Shown here in pieces: positions 8,958-18,163 of a DNA stretch of 32,000 nucleotides. Source of the DNA: Candidatus Saccharimonadota bacterium (GTDB taxonomy: Bacteria > Bacteroidota > Bacteroidia > Cytophagales > Amoebophilaceae). Where the stretch lies: the NCBI RefSeq assembly GCF_964030745.1, contig NZ_OZ034918.1, forward strand, positions 870,001 to 902,000, in the 5' to 3' direction. Under the pieces are notes generated by a model, which was not told where the DNA came from, did no database searches, and was given only the letters and a program-made list of their open reading frames with translations. A program made the translations under genes and the position numbers. The stretch's first letter is position 1. Every line of letters begins with the position of its first letter.

Positions 8958-9389
8958 CTATTCTTTGTGTATAGTAATATCAATTATAGTTTCAGTTATA
9001 TAACGAGCATATAGCCTAGCTTGATCTTCATTGAGATCGATACTATGAACCAAACCGTTAATCCACTCCTTCTTTATAGATTTTATGCAGCCACTAACCA
9101 CCTTGGCGGGCAGAAAATAAAATTTAGTACGCATTGCTCTAACAAATAGTTCATAGGGGTCCTGCGAGCGATTGCTGTTTAGTAATATATTTGTATGCTC
9201 AGCGCAATCCATAATACTCTGGATCGTGATCTCCTTTAACGGTGTAGAATCGCTCCTAGGTACATCTATACCACTGGCCGTTTCTTTTACTTCATCTGGG
9301 TTTAAGTTATCATTCACAGGTTGAGGCATGGTGTGCCTACATCCCCCTAGCATCATTAGAGGCAATAAACAGATTTTTTTACTATACAT
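8958..9389 (-). CDS. Small putative lipoprotein, paralog 1 (unknown function)
   Basis: 143 aa. N-terminus MYSKKICLLPLMMLGGC is a signal peptide plus lipobox (LGGC). The N-terminus and central/C-terminal segments resemble the ORF at 10115-10651. No recognised domain. Confidence 0.6.
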   Translation of the reverse strand: MYSKKICLLPLMMLGGCRHTMPQPVNDNLNPDEVKETASGIDVPRSDSTPLKEITIQSIMDCAEHTNILLNSNRSQDPYELFVRAMRTKFYFLPAKVVSGCIKSIKKEWINGLVHSIDLNEDQARLYARYITETIIDITIHKE

Positions 9390-9784
9390 ATACTATATTT
9401 GGTGTTTAAATTATGAGTCTACAATACACCTCTTTCAAAACTAGATTTCTAAAAGAGGTCTAAACTAAAGATTTACACATTCAATGCAAACCTATTGCTT
9501 GATTTATATATAATAAACTGATTTTCAACAAAATATAATATATTTTTAATTTGTTTGCAACAAACCAATCAAAGTTTTATAAAGTTTGAAATAACTTAAG
9601 TTTGCATATCAACCTGTATTCTGGATTATTAAATTTTTTAAAAGGAGTGAGGTCCCCAACTTTTTACAGCTGGTTTGATTTTTGGTATCCATTCATCACT
9701 ATGGCTACGTTTTTCTGAAAAAGCAATTAGGCTAACCCATTACCAGCCCCGCGTCTCCTTCGATAAAAAAATGGCGCTCTAGTA

Positions 9785-9925
9785 GACCTCTTGCAAAACC
9801 TACTTTGTGATGAGCAATTTTTAGGAGAAGTGTAGTCGAGTACCGCAGAATACTTAATGTATTTGAGGAGCATAGACAAGCTTCGACACCAAAATTGCCA
9901 TTAGAAAGTAGGTTTTGCAAGAGGC
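9785..9925. mobile_element. Second, smaller MITE-like element nested inside MITE copy 2
   Basis: Perfect 20-bp terminal inverted repeats CCTCTTGCAAAACCTACTTT (9787-9806) and AAAGTAGGTTTTGCAAGAGG (9905-9924). It is flanked by the direct duplication CTAGTA (9779-9784 and 9926-9931). Copies 1 and 3 have a single uninterrupted CTAGTA at the same site. Confidence 0.8.
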
Positions 9926-9954
9926 CTAGTAAAACACTAACCCCTGAGCGATAT

Positions 9955-10030
9955 CTTTTTCAGCGGATTAGAAAATCGTCTGTGTGAAGCCCGCTTGCGG
10001 GCTGAGTTCACGATTTTCCCGCTGAAAAAG
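9955..10030. repeat. Hairpin module (same as 8657-8732) inside MITE copy 2
   Basis: Arms CTTTTTCAGCGG/CCGCTGAAAAAG are a perfect 12 bp. The inner stem and GCCCGC..GCGGGC apex are conserved. Confidence 0.75.
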
Positions 10031-10114
10031 ATATCGATTCAGCTATTTACTATCGGGCCAGACTTTTTATCGAAGGAGATAAGGCGGCCAGCCAGAGACG
10101 TGAATAGATACTTA

Positions 10115-10651
10115 CTAGTGGTGCGAACGGTTACTGCAAAAAATTATACAGCTACAGTTTATCAAGGCGTCATTGCTAGAAGATCTTAAGGAGCGATCAC
10201 TTGGACTGGTTTCCAGTATTTGAATAATGCGTTCAGCTATGGCATTCGCACATGTCTTGGCGAAGGGCATTCTTTTTGGAATACTTATATGTGTAATTAG
10301 GCTGCCAATAAGGTTATGGCTGATTTCATCAATAATAGTCTGAGGTAGTGTAGGCTTTATAAGATCGCGAAACAACTTAACAGCCTCCTCCGGATCGTCT
10401 TTACTTGCCACATTTGTTCTTTTTCCACATTGAATAAGTACTTCAACTAGCTCGTCCTTAAAGTATTCAGTTTGATTGTGAGATGTAAACTTAAAAATAA
10501 GATATGCTAACTTCCTTGTCTCATCTCTGCTGACAACAGAATCACAATCACTATTGCTCCGTTGTGAGCCACTATGCATATGTTGGTGCACTACATGGTT
10601 ACATCCCCCTAGCATCAGTAAATGCAATAAATACACTTTTTTACTGTACAT
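10115..10651 (-). CDS. Small putative lipoprotein, paralog 2 (unknown function)
   Basis: 178 aa. N-terminus MYSKKVYLLHLLMLGGC matches paralog 1. The stop codon lies 3 bp from the MITE copy 2 terminus. The C-terminus runs about 30 aa past where paralog 1 ends, as a low-complexity tail. Confidence 0.6.
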   Translation of the reverse strand: MYSKKVYLLHLLMLGGCNHVVHQHMHSGSQRSNSDCDSVVSRDETRKLAYLIFKFTSHNQTEYFKDELVEVLIQCGKRTNVASKDDPEEAVKLFRDLIKPTLPQTIIDEISHNLIGSLITHISIPKRMPFAKTCANAIAERIIQILETSPSDRSLRSSSNDALINCSCIIFCSNRSHH

Positions 10652-10905
10652 ATAAATTTGGTGTTTATTAATAGACTTCTTATAGAGGTTCGCATATTTT
10701 CTATGCGACTCTTTATGTTAATTAGGCATAACCAACAAAATATTATACTAGTAAATGTTTGTATATTTTACAATAGGTTAGCCAAGGTTTTATAAAGTGT
10801 ATATATTTTATAGCCATGTAACCTACTTTTTTGCCACATGTCATATCCTTTTTTCTTCATTTTATTTGTATTTTTAACCATTCCTAAATTTTTAATTCCC
10901 TACCT

Positions 10906-13437
10906 ATGGATGTAACATCGACGGATCGTATTATACCAATCAATATAGAGGATGAAATGCGCGATGCCTACATAGATTATTCTATGTCGGTTATTGTCGC
11001 CAGGGCGCTTCCTGATGTTCGGGATGGGTTAAAACCTGTACACAGACGGGTATTGTATGGTATGTATGAGCTAGGTCTCAGCCAGAGTAAAGCTTATAAG
11101 AAATCTGCCAGAATTGTAGGGGAAGTACTGGGTAAGTACCATCCACATGGTGATGTGGCGATTTATGAAGCGATGGCCCGTATGGCCCAAAATTGGTCAC
11201 TCCGTTACCCACTCATAGAAGGTCAAGGTAATTTTGGCTCTATAGATGGTGATGCACCTGCAGCGATGCGTTATACCGAAGCCCGGTTGGTGCGTATTTC
11301 TGAAGAGCTGATTAAAGAAATTAATAAAGATACTGTTGACTTTCAGTTGAACTTTGATGCATCCTTAGAGGAACCCGTTGTATTGCCTGCCAAACTGCCC
11401 AACTTGCTTTTAAATGGTGCGTCTGGTATTGCAGTGGGTATGGCCACCAATATGGCCCCACACAATTTATCAGAAACATTAAGTGCTATTATTGCCTACA
11501 TTGAGCATCATGATATAACCATTTCTGAATTGATGGAATATATCGTTGCACCTGATTTCCCTACTGGGGGTATTATATATGGTTATAGTGGGGTGCGCGA
11601 AGCCTTTCAAACGGGAAGGGGACGCGTCTTATTGCGTGGGAAAGCTACCGTTGAAGTGACGGCTAATGGAAAAGAGCAAATCATTGTAACGGAAATACCC
11701 TATCAGGTGAATAAGGCGGTCATGATAGAAAGGACAGCACAGCTGGTGAATGAAAAGAAAATAGAGGGTATTGCTGATATTCGAGATGAGTCAGACAAAG
11801 AGGGTATGCGTATTGTCTATGATCTCAAACGGGATGCAATTGCCCATGTCGTCCTCAATAACCTTTACAAACAGACCCAGCTACAAAGCTCTTTTAGTGT
11901 GAACAATGTAGCATTGGTAGAGGGTAGACCTAAAATTTTAAACCTTAAAGAACTCATTGTTCATTTTGTAGACCATAGACATGAAGTATTGGTCCGGAAA
12001 ACTACTTTTGATCTAGAGCATGCCAAGAAGAAAATTCATCTATTAGAGGGCTATTTGGTAGCATTAGATCATTTAGATCGGGTGATTGCCTTGATTCGTG
12101 GTTCAAGAGATCCAGAAGTAGCCAAAACCGCATTGATGGAAACCTTTCCATTGAGTGAAGTACAAGCAAAAGCCATTCTAGAGATGCGTTTGCAACGGCT
12201 TACGGGTCTAGAGCGTGCCAAGATAGTAGAAGAGCACGAGCAGGTGCAGAAACTGATTAACCATTTACTCGAAGTGTTGGCTGATAAATCGCTGCGTATG
12301 CAGTTGATTAAAGAGGAATTGATTGCGCTGAAAGAGCGTTATGGCGATGCGCGTAGAACAGAAGTGGAGTATGAAGCAGATGCATTTACCATGGAAGATA
12401 TGATTCCAGATACGGAAATGGTAATCATGATTTCCAACCAAGGTTATATTAAAAGAACGCCATTGGTTGACTATCGCCTACAAGGCCGAGGTGGCGTAGG
12501 TGCCAGGGGTATTATCACCAAAAAAGATGATTTTACAGAGCATTTATTTATAGCTACTGCCCACCAATATTTGTTGATATTTACTGAATTTGGTAAGATC
12601 TATTGGGTAAAAGTTTATACGATACCAGAAACTAAAAAGACTACGCAAGGCAAAGCCATACAGAACTTAATCAATATAGCTCCTGGAGATCAGGTGCGTA
12701 GTATTATTCAGGTTAGGGATTTGAAAGATAATGGTTATGTGGATGCCCATTATGTGGTGATGTGTACCAGGAAAGGCATCATTAAAAAAACCCCTCTGCG
12801 CGCCTATGCTACGCCACGTGCCAATGGCATTCATGCCATTGTAATTCGTGAAGGCGATTCACTATTAGATGTACAGTTAACCAATGGCACCCATCATATT
12901 GTATTGGCATTAGAGTCTGGCAGGGCTACACAGTTTAATGAGCAAGATGTCCGTCCTATGGGGCGTGTGGCTTCTGGCATTAGGGGCATCACACTAGCCC
13001 ATGAGCAAGACCGTGTAATTGGCATGGCCTGTTTTCCAACATCGGATTTAGATGTGTTGGTGGTTTCTGAAAATGGTTATGGCAAACGTTCTGCACTGGC
13101 AGATTATCGTATTACCAAAAGAGGTGGCAAGGGAGTGAAAACCATTCAGATTACTGAAAAAACTGGAAAGTTAGTAGCCATTCATGCGGTGAAAAACCAG
13201 GATGAATTGATGATTATGAATCAGTCTGGTGTGGCCATTCGGATTGAAGTAAGTACATTGCCCCTTATAGGCAGAGCTACCCAGGGTGTTCGACTGATTC
13301 GGTTGGGGCAAAATGATAAAATTGCTTCTGTGGCCAGAATAGATATTTTAGAAGATGGGGAAGATCATAAAGTGGTGAGCAATATAGACCAGCCTTTGGA
13401 TGCATTAGCTACAACCTCAGGCGAAGCGAGTCTATAA
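10906..13437 (+). CDS. gyrA: DNA gyrase subunit A
   Basis: 843 aa. Motifs [19 protein letters not shown], the catalytic-Tyr context [10 protein letters not shown], and C-terminal beta-pinwheel repeats (e.g. RGGKGVK). Confidence 0.97.
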   Translation: MDVTSTDRIIPINIEDEMRDAYIDYSMSVIVARALPDVRDGLKPVHRRVLYGMYELGLSQSKAYKKSARIVGEVLGKYHPHGDVAIYEAMARMAQNWSLRYPLIEGQGNFGSIDGDAPAAMRYTEARLVRISEELIKEINKDTVDFQLNFDASLEEPVVLPAKLPNLLLNGASGIAVGMATNMAPHNLSETLSAIIAYIEHHDITISELMEYIVAPDFPTGGIIYGYSGVREAFQTGRGRVLLRGKATVEVTANGKEQIIVTEIPYQVNKAVMIERTAQLVNEKKIEGIADIRDESDKEGMRIVYDLKRDAIAHVVLNNLYKQTQLQSSFSVNNVALVEGRPKILNLKELIVHFVDHRHEVLVRKTTFDLEHAKKKIHLLEGYLVALDHLDRVIALIRGSRDPEVAKTALMETFPLSEVQAKAILEMRLQRLTGLERAKIVEEHEQVQKLINHLLEVLADKSLRMQLIKEELIALKERYGDARRTEVEYEADAFTMEDMIPDTEMVIMISNQGYIKRTPLVDYRLQGRGGVGARGIITKKDDFTEHLFIATAHQYLLIFTEFGKIYWVKVYTIPETKKTTQGKAIQNLINIAPGDQVRSIIQVRDLKDNGYVDAHYVVMCTRKGIIKKTPLRAYATPRANGIHAIVIREGDSLLDVQLTNGTHHIVLALESGRATQFNEQDVRPMGRVASGIRGITLAHEQDRVIGMACFPTSDLDVLVVSENGYGKRSALADYRITKRGGKGVKTIQITEKTGKLVAIHAVKNQDELMIMNQSGVAIRIEVSTLPLIGRATQGVRLIRLGQNDKIASVARIDILEDGEDHKVVSNIDQPLDALATTSGEASL

Positions 13438-13823
13438 CGTTAACTGGCCCTTCTATAAAATCCCTTAGCATTTTTTAGAGATCATATTCCTTTGGGTTTG
13501 GAGTTAGTTTGATGTCTTTATCAAAGTCAGCTAATGCTAATATTAGATCGGTTGTTTTATCAAGTTCCCCTGATTTTAACGTGTGATACTGCAACAGAAG
13601 TGAGCCATTTTTCTTTTCCATTTTAGGTAGGTTAGGCTATGAAAAAATAGGCTCGTGACTATCCCTTTTTTTATATACAACTGCTTTCATGCAATATACT
13701 ATGTCAAATTAAATGGATTAAAAAAAGTGATGAAAAAATTTTTAAATTGCCATGGTCTATATGGGGCTTGAATGGCCAGTGGGTTGTTTATTAATTACAA
13801 AAATTTGATCAGAAAGTTTGCCT

Positions 13824-15416
13824 ATGAATGTAATGTATGGGAGGTTGTGTAAATTATATCAATTTTGTTTTCTATGTATGCTTTGGGTGATGCCCCAACA
13901 GCTTTTTGCTATACCGCCAGCTATAGCACGCATTGTGCGTATCTTTGAAGGCGGGCATAAGCAGAAAGGGATTAAGCCAAAGGATGGACAGGCTAAAGTT
14001 GTATCAGGAGATGATCAAGCCAATGATCTACAGACAACTCAGGTAGCTGCTTTGTCTAATGTGGAGCAGGCCCGTTTAGCTATAGATGAAGCGATTAAAA
14101 ATAGTAAGCTGGCCAAACACCCGGCTACTTGGTATTACAGAGGGGTTATTTATGATCGTCTCTTAAGGGAGCATGTTGCTCAACCATCTACTTTCTTGAA
14201 TGAGGCACTTGCAGCCTATGCGCAGGCTAAAAAATTAAGTGCATCAAAAAGCAAACAGTTTTATAGTTTCTCCGTTGAGAACCTGATTGCTCTATGGCGT
14301 TATTTTTTAAATAGAGGCATGGGCTACTATAGGCAAGAGGCGGTTGATCAAGCAATAGAGCACTTTGCTATTTGTAGGCGTATCCTACCAGAGGAACCTA
14401 CACCATTGTTGTATATGGCTATTGTTTATCATAGTGCTGATCAACCAGAGGAGGCATTGCGCTATTATCAAGACTATCTAGCAGTAGATGGCCCCCAATT
14501 TGCTGTTGCACGTGCTATGGCGGCTATTCATTACCATAAGCTTAAAAATTTTGATAAGGCCATGGCTATTCTGGATGAGGCATTGCTTCAATTTCCTTTT
14601 AATAATGAGTTATTAGAAGAAAAATGCTTGATTCACCAAGCTGCTGGAAGCATAGATGGGTATGCTGCTTCTTTAGCGGTTGATCTGCAACATAAAGCGC
14701 CACATCTATGCTATGCATATGCTTATGTTCTCCAACATCAAGGACGGATTCAGGAGGCCATTGGTTATTATGAACAGCTTTTAAAGGACCATCCGGCCCA
14801 CTATGAAGCACTCCGTCAAATGGGTTTTATATTTTATAATGAAGCTATAAAATTATATGCCTATACCCTAAAATCGATGGGGAGTAAGACGCAGTTAGAC
14901 GATGTTGCACTGGCAGATTGGTGTGGGTTGATGCATGTAACGGTGAGGCGCTGCTTAGCCAACGGTATCGGGTGGACAGGGAGTAACTATGTATTATTTA
15001 GGGGGGGGGTACTTCAGGAGCCATTATTTGCTGCTCGTCCTATATGGGTAGTATACGATCATCCCCTTGTTCAACATAGCAGCTCCAGCAGTTTGAGGGA
15101 TCTATTGCAAGCAGGTAACCTACCCTATGCAAGTCCTTTGTATGGATACATTCATGCAAAAAATTCCGCTGCATTGGCCCGTAATAAGTGGGCACAAACC
15201 ATGGTAGACTTAGAAAAGTATCTCAAAAAATCTTTGTACTACCTAAAAATAGCGCGTGCGCAGGATAAAAAAGATAAAGCAGTTGCCCAAGCTTTGTACT
15301 ATAGTTATTACCATTTAAAAAAGTATGGGGCTGCTTATAGGGTATTACAAAGGATGCAAAAGCAAAAACAATATCTTGAAGATGATCCATTTAGGGGGAA
15401 TCAAGAGAGGGAGTAG
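13824..15416 (+). CDS. Secreted TPR-repeat protein
   Basis: Hydrophobic N-terminus (FCFLCMLWVMPQQLFA). Several TPR-like helix pairs, e.g. AIEHFAICRRILPEEPTPLLYMAIVYH and EAIGYYEQLLKDHPAHYEALRQMGFIFY. ATG 13824 is preferred over TTG 13818. Confidence 0.75.
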   Translation: MNVMYGRLCKLYQFCFLCMLWVMPQQLFAIPPAIARIVRIFEGGHKQKGIKPKDGQAKVVSGDDQANDLQTTQVAALSNVEQARLAIDEAIKNSKLAKHPATWYYRGVIYDRLLREHVAQPSTFLNEALAAYAQAKKLSASKSKQFYSFSVENLIALWRYFLNRGMGYYRQEAVDQAIEHFAICRRILPEEPTPLLYMAIVYHSADQPEEALRYYQDYLAVDGPQFAVARAMAAIHYHKLKNFDKAMAILDEALLQFPFNNELLEEKCLIHQAAGSIDGYAASLAVDLQHKAPHLCYAYAYVLQHQGRIQEAIGYYEQLLKDHPAHYEALRQMGFIFYNEAIKLYAYTLKSMGSKTQLDDVALADWCGLMHVTVRRCLANGIGWTGSNYVLFRGGVLQEPLFAARPIWVVYDHPLVQHSSSSSLRDLLQAGNLPYASPLYGYIHAKNSAALARNKWAQTMVDLEKYLKKSLYYLKIARAQDKKDKAVAQALYYSYYHLKKYGAAYRVLQRMQKQKQYLEDDPFRGNQERE

Positions 15417-16152
15417 CAGTCTTTGTATCCGTTTTTTGGTAAACAAAGATTGTGCCTATCTCTGATGCGATCTGGATTATTTGTTGGGTATTAAAAGCCG
15501 TTTCCGTACCATCGTCATTTTTAACAAACCACTGGTTATCCTTTTTTAAGAAAACAACTAGTTTATTGTCTTTGCCCTCATTAATAAGTTTTGGAACATT
15601 TGCTAAAAATTTTGTTAAAGCAAAGGAATGGTTGGCCGATTCGGTTGAAGCTGGATTGGATCTAAGGGTTATAGATGCTACGTCAACTAACCTACATGTA
15701 TCTAGGGTACCCTTGTGCTGATCCCTTGCCAAAAGGATATATAGTGTATTGGGTAGTCCATGAGATTGACCTTTGACATGATCTGTTGTTCGGCTAGCTT
15801 CTATTAACGTACTGAAGTCATGTTGTTGGCGTTGTCCTGCTGCGGGCAGATGTACAGTCAAGGCGTTTTTATAATCTATCTCCTTTAAAAAATTCCTTAC
15901 TATTGGTGAAGGGTTGTAATGTACAGATGGTATATCCCCAAATGAGCCATGGGATTGCAGGCCGTTGGGTATACTTGTATTTGGTGTTGGCATCCCACTT
16001 GGATTACTGATGGGCGCTTTTCTATCATCTTTATGATCAATAGGATCAGGCTCCTCTCTAGGAGCGCTTCTTTTGCAAGCCATCACTACCATTGGCAATA
16101 GGCTTATAACTCCTAGCGGCACTTTGCTGAACAAACCCAATTTCCATTTCAT
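15391..16152 (-). CDS. Putative lipoprotein with a Pro-rich linker and a C-terminal domain of unknown function (possible degenerate USP-like fold)
   Basis: 253 aa. Signal peptide plus lipobox (VVMAC). The Pro/Ser-rich linker is followed by a globular C-terminal half. Its 3' end overlaps the convergent TPR gene by 26 nt. Confidence 0.6.
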   Translation of the reverse strand: MKWKLGLFSKVPLGVISLLPMVVMACKRSAPREEPDPIDHKDDRKAPISNPSGMPTPNTSIPNGLQSHGSFGDIPSVHYNPSPIVRNFLKEIDYKNALTVHLPAAGQRQQHDFSTLIEASRTTDHVKGQSHGLPNTLYILLARDQHKGTLDTCRLVDVASITLRSNPASTESANHSFALTKFLANVPKLINEGKDNKLVVFLKKDNQWFVKNDDGTETAFNTQQIIQIASEIGTIFVYQKTDTKTATPSLDSP

Positions 16153-16209
16153 ATAAGTAAGCTACGTTTTAAAAGTTAAAGCAGTAGGATGGGCTTTTTG
16201 TTTATTTTA

Positions 16210-16845
16210 TTACAATTCTCGCTCCTTTTGCCAAAGCTTACAGTATTGCCATCCACACATAAAGAGTTGCATGATAAAAAACCAGTGATATCCTTGAAAA
16301 TAGAAATAAGGAATGGCAATGGCAGCAGCCATCAAGCCGACTATAATACTAGCCAGATATCCCTTACGGCCAAAACTTTTTTCTAATATATAACGCATCA
16401 ACCAGCCACCATCAAGCGGTGCAATGGGTAGTAAGTTTAGCAACAACCATCTAGTATTGATATACATCGTTACAATAAGCAAATATTTCAATAAATAACT
16501 ATGCACAATATTAAATTGAAGCAGCAAATAGGCTGTCAACGTCAATAGTCCTTGAAAGAGCGGTCCTGAAAGGGTAATTAAAAACTGTTGTTTATCTGTT
16601 ATGTGGGATGTATTGAAGAGCGTTCTTCCACCAAAAGCTTGTAATACAATCATGGGGGCTGCACCAAAATAAAGCGCAGTTAACGCGTGGCCATATTCAT
16701 GTATGAGGATACTAAAGGTAAAGATACTAGACCACAATAGGCTTTCCCTATAGTTCCCCCCTGCACTACCCATTACCAACAATAAAAAAATCCAGTAACT
16801 CAAATCAATAGATACTGGAACTTTTAAAAATCTAAAGTTTAACAC
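16210..16845 (-). CDS. Site-2 protease family (M50) membrane metalloprotease
   Basis: HEYGH (HExxH) lies within a TM helix and NLLPIAPLDGG matches the NxxPxxxLDG motif. Polytopic membrane protein with an apparent GTG start. Confidence 0.85.
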   Translation of the reverse strand: MLNFRFLKVPVSIDLSYWIFLLLVMGSAGGNYRESLLWSSIFTFSILIHEYGHALTALYFGAAPMIVLQAFGGRTLFNTSHITDKQQFLITLSGPLFQGLLTLTAYLLLQFNIVHSYLLKYLLIVTMYINTRWLLLNLLPIAPLDGGWLMRYILEKSFGRKGYLASIIVGLMAAAIAIPYFYFQGYHWFFIMQLFMCGWQYCKLWQKEREL

Positions 16846-16916
16846 GGTGCTATATAATTTTAGGTGATCAACCTAACAGATTAAATGGCGTTATAAAACA
16901 AGAAAACATGCTCCTT

Positions 16917-17654
16917 TTATACACCACGAGATATATATTTTTCACGTTTTATGCGCTGTGGGTTAAAGCCCATTTTTTGTAGCCTTTCTATGCTATCATC
17001 GATCATATATGGATTTCCGCAGAGGTATACCAAATCAGTGACTGGATTTAGGTTAAGTGCTTCAAAGGCCGATTGTACATATCCTGAGTAGTGGTAAGAG
17101 GTGGTTGGTGTATCTACTCTACTTAGGTGGCCCCGAAAATCAAAATTTTTGTACCTTTTAGCAAAATCAATAAAATCTTCTACATAGAGCAGGTCGTTGG
17201 CATAACGCACACCCAATAGTAAGGTGACCTTCAACTGCTCATCCGCTTCGAGTTGTTTGGCAATGGTAGGCAACATAGAACGATAAGGTGCTACGCCTGT
17301 TCCAGTAGCTACTAGTATATACTGAGTAGGCCTTTCTGCTTCTTGAAGAATCAGTCTCCCTTTAGGCCCTACACAACACAATTCATCTCCGATTTTTAAG
17401 TCAAAAAGAATTTTAGTAGCAAATCCGCCCTCAACTGGTGCAATGGCGATATCCAACCTATCTCCTGGACTATTGGCTAAGCTATAGCTGCGTGGCACTA
17501 TTTTACCAGAAGCGTGGGGCAATAAAAAAGTAATAAACTGACCCGGTATAAATAGGAAAGGCAGCTGATCAGAGCGTATAAAAGTTAATTCTGCTACACT
17601 AGGTGTAAGCATTCTGGATCCTATATACTTAACTTTAAATTGATTTTGTTCCAT
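16917..17654 (-). CDS. Ferredoxin/flavodoxin-NADP(+) reductase (Fpr-like FNR family)
   Basis: 245 aa. FAD-binding RSYSLAN (RxYS), NAD(P)-binding VATGTGVAPYRSM, and C-terminal YLCGNPYM. Confidence 0.8.
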   Translation of the reverse strand: MEQNQFKVKYIGSRMLTPSVAELTFIRSDQLPFLFIPGQFITFLLPHASGKIVPRSYSLANSPGDRLDIAIAPVEGGFATKILFDLKIGDELCCVGPKGRLILQEAERPTQYILVATGTGVAPYRSMLPTIAKQLEADEQLKVTLLLGVRYANDLLYVEDFIDFAKRYKNFDFRGHLSRVDTPTTSYHYSGYVQSAFEALNLNPVTDLVYLCGNPYMIDDSIERLQKMGFNPQRIKREKYISRGV

Positions 17655-18163
17655 GTTTGTATCTATACTGTCTGTGGTATACCGATTGTGACATCCCTGA
17701 TTTTTTTCATCTACTGTTGGCTAGAAGCCACTACCATACTACTAGTTGCTTTGCTACCTGTTGCCATTCGGTATTTCCACACCAAAGCTAAAAAAAACTA
17801 GCCATGAATCGAAACTTTTTATAAGAAGGCCAAAACCCATCATAAAGATTAACCCATTGGGATGTTGTACAGCTTTAAGCAACAGGCTTCGCTGCATAAG
17901 CAGCTACAACATGTCATTGTATAGCGTTGTTTCGTACAAAATTGGTTAAAATGTTTGTTGGTTTACTTGAAAATAGTCTTAATTATCTATATAAACATCA
18001 TCCTATATTGGAAAATAATAGGGTGTTAATAACAAAAATGTATTTTTTTATACTTTTTTTTATCAAAAAATTATTAAAGTATTGTATATATACAAATTAG
18101 TACTTATACTTTGTGAAAAGATATTTCACTGGACTAATTCGTAATCTATTAACTGGTTGAGCT

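Larger units (their letters stand above)
9685..10111 (-). mobile_element. Composite MITE-like repeat, copy 2 (inverted relative to copy 1), carrying a nested element
   Basis: The reverse complement aligns by eye at about 95% with copy 1 positions 8576-8855, from terminus CGTGAATAGATAC (10099-10111) to GTATCCATTCATCAC (9685-9699). It is interrupted by a 141-bp insertion at 9785-9925. Confidence 0.8.

Noticed and set aside
8549-10111. Possibility that the repeated blocks are a CRISPR array or integron attC sites
   Set aside because: There are no regularly spaced short direct repeats with unique spacers. The repeats are long, inverted and modular, and no cas or intI gene is nearby.
9732-10189. 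ORFs 9732-9920 (-) and 9995-10189 (+) inside MITE copy 2, and likewise 30172-30378 (-) and 30204-30407 (-) inside copy 3
   Set aside because: They lie wholly in palindromic repeat DNA, are not conserved between copies because of module differences, and have no recognisable domains.
13475-13621. 48-aa minus-strand ORF (MEKKNGSLLLQYHTLKSGELDKTTDLILALADFDKDIKLTPNPKEYDL) in the 380-bp gyrA-TPR spacer
   Set aside because: It is too short and has no recognisable motif, signal or conserved context. It could be a gene remnant, but the sequence alone cannot support this.
15452-15721. 89-aa + strand ORF antisense to the 253-aa lipoprotein gene
   Set aside because: The minus-strand ORF is longer and has a canonical signal peptide and lipobox. 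The + frame has no supporting features.
17746-17949. 67-aa ORF in the 509-bp AT-rich divergent spacer between the Fpr-like gene and the symporter fusion gene
   Set aside because: It has a TTG start, a basic low-complexity product and no motifs. The region is more plausibly a divergent promoter region. I could not place a convincing Bacteroidota TAnnTTTG -7 box, so I call no promoter.
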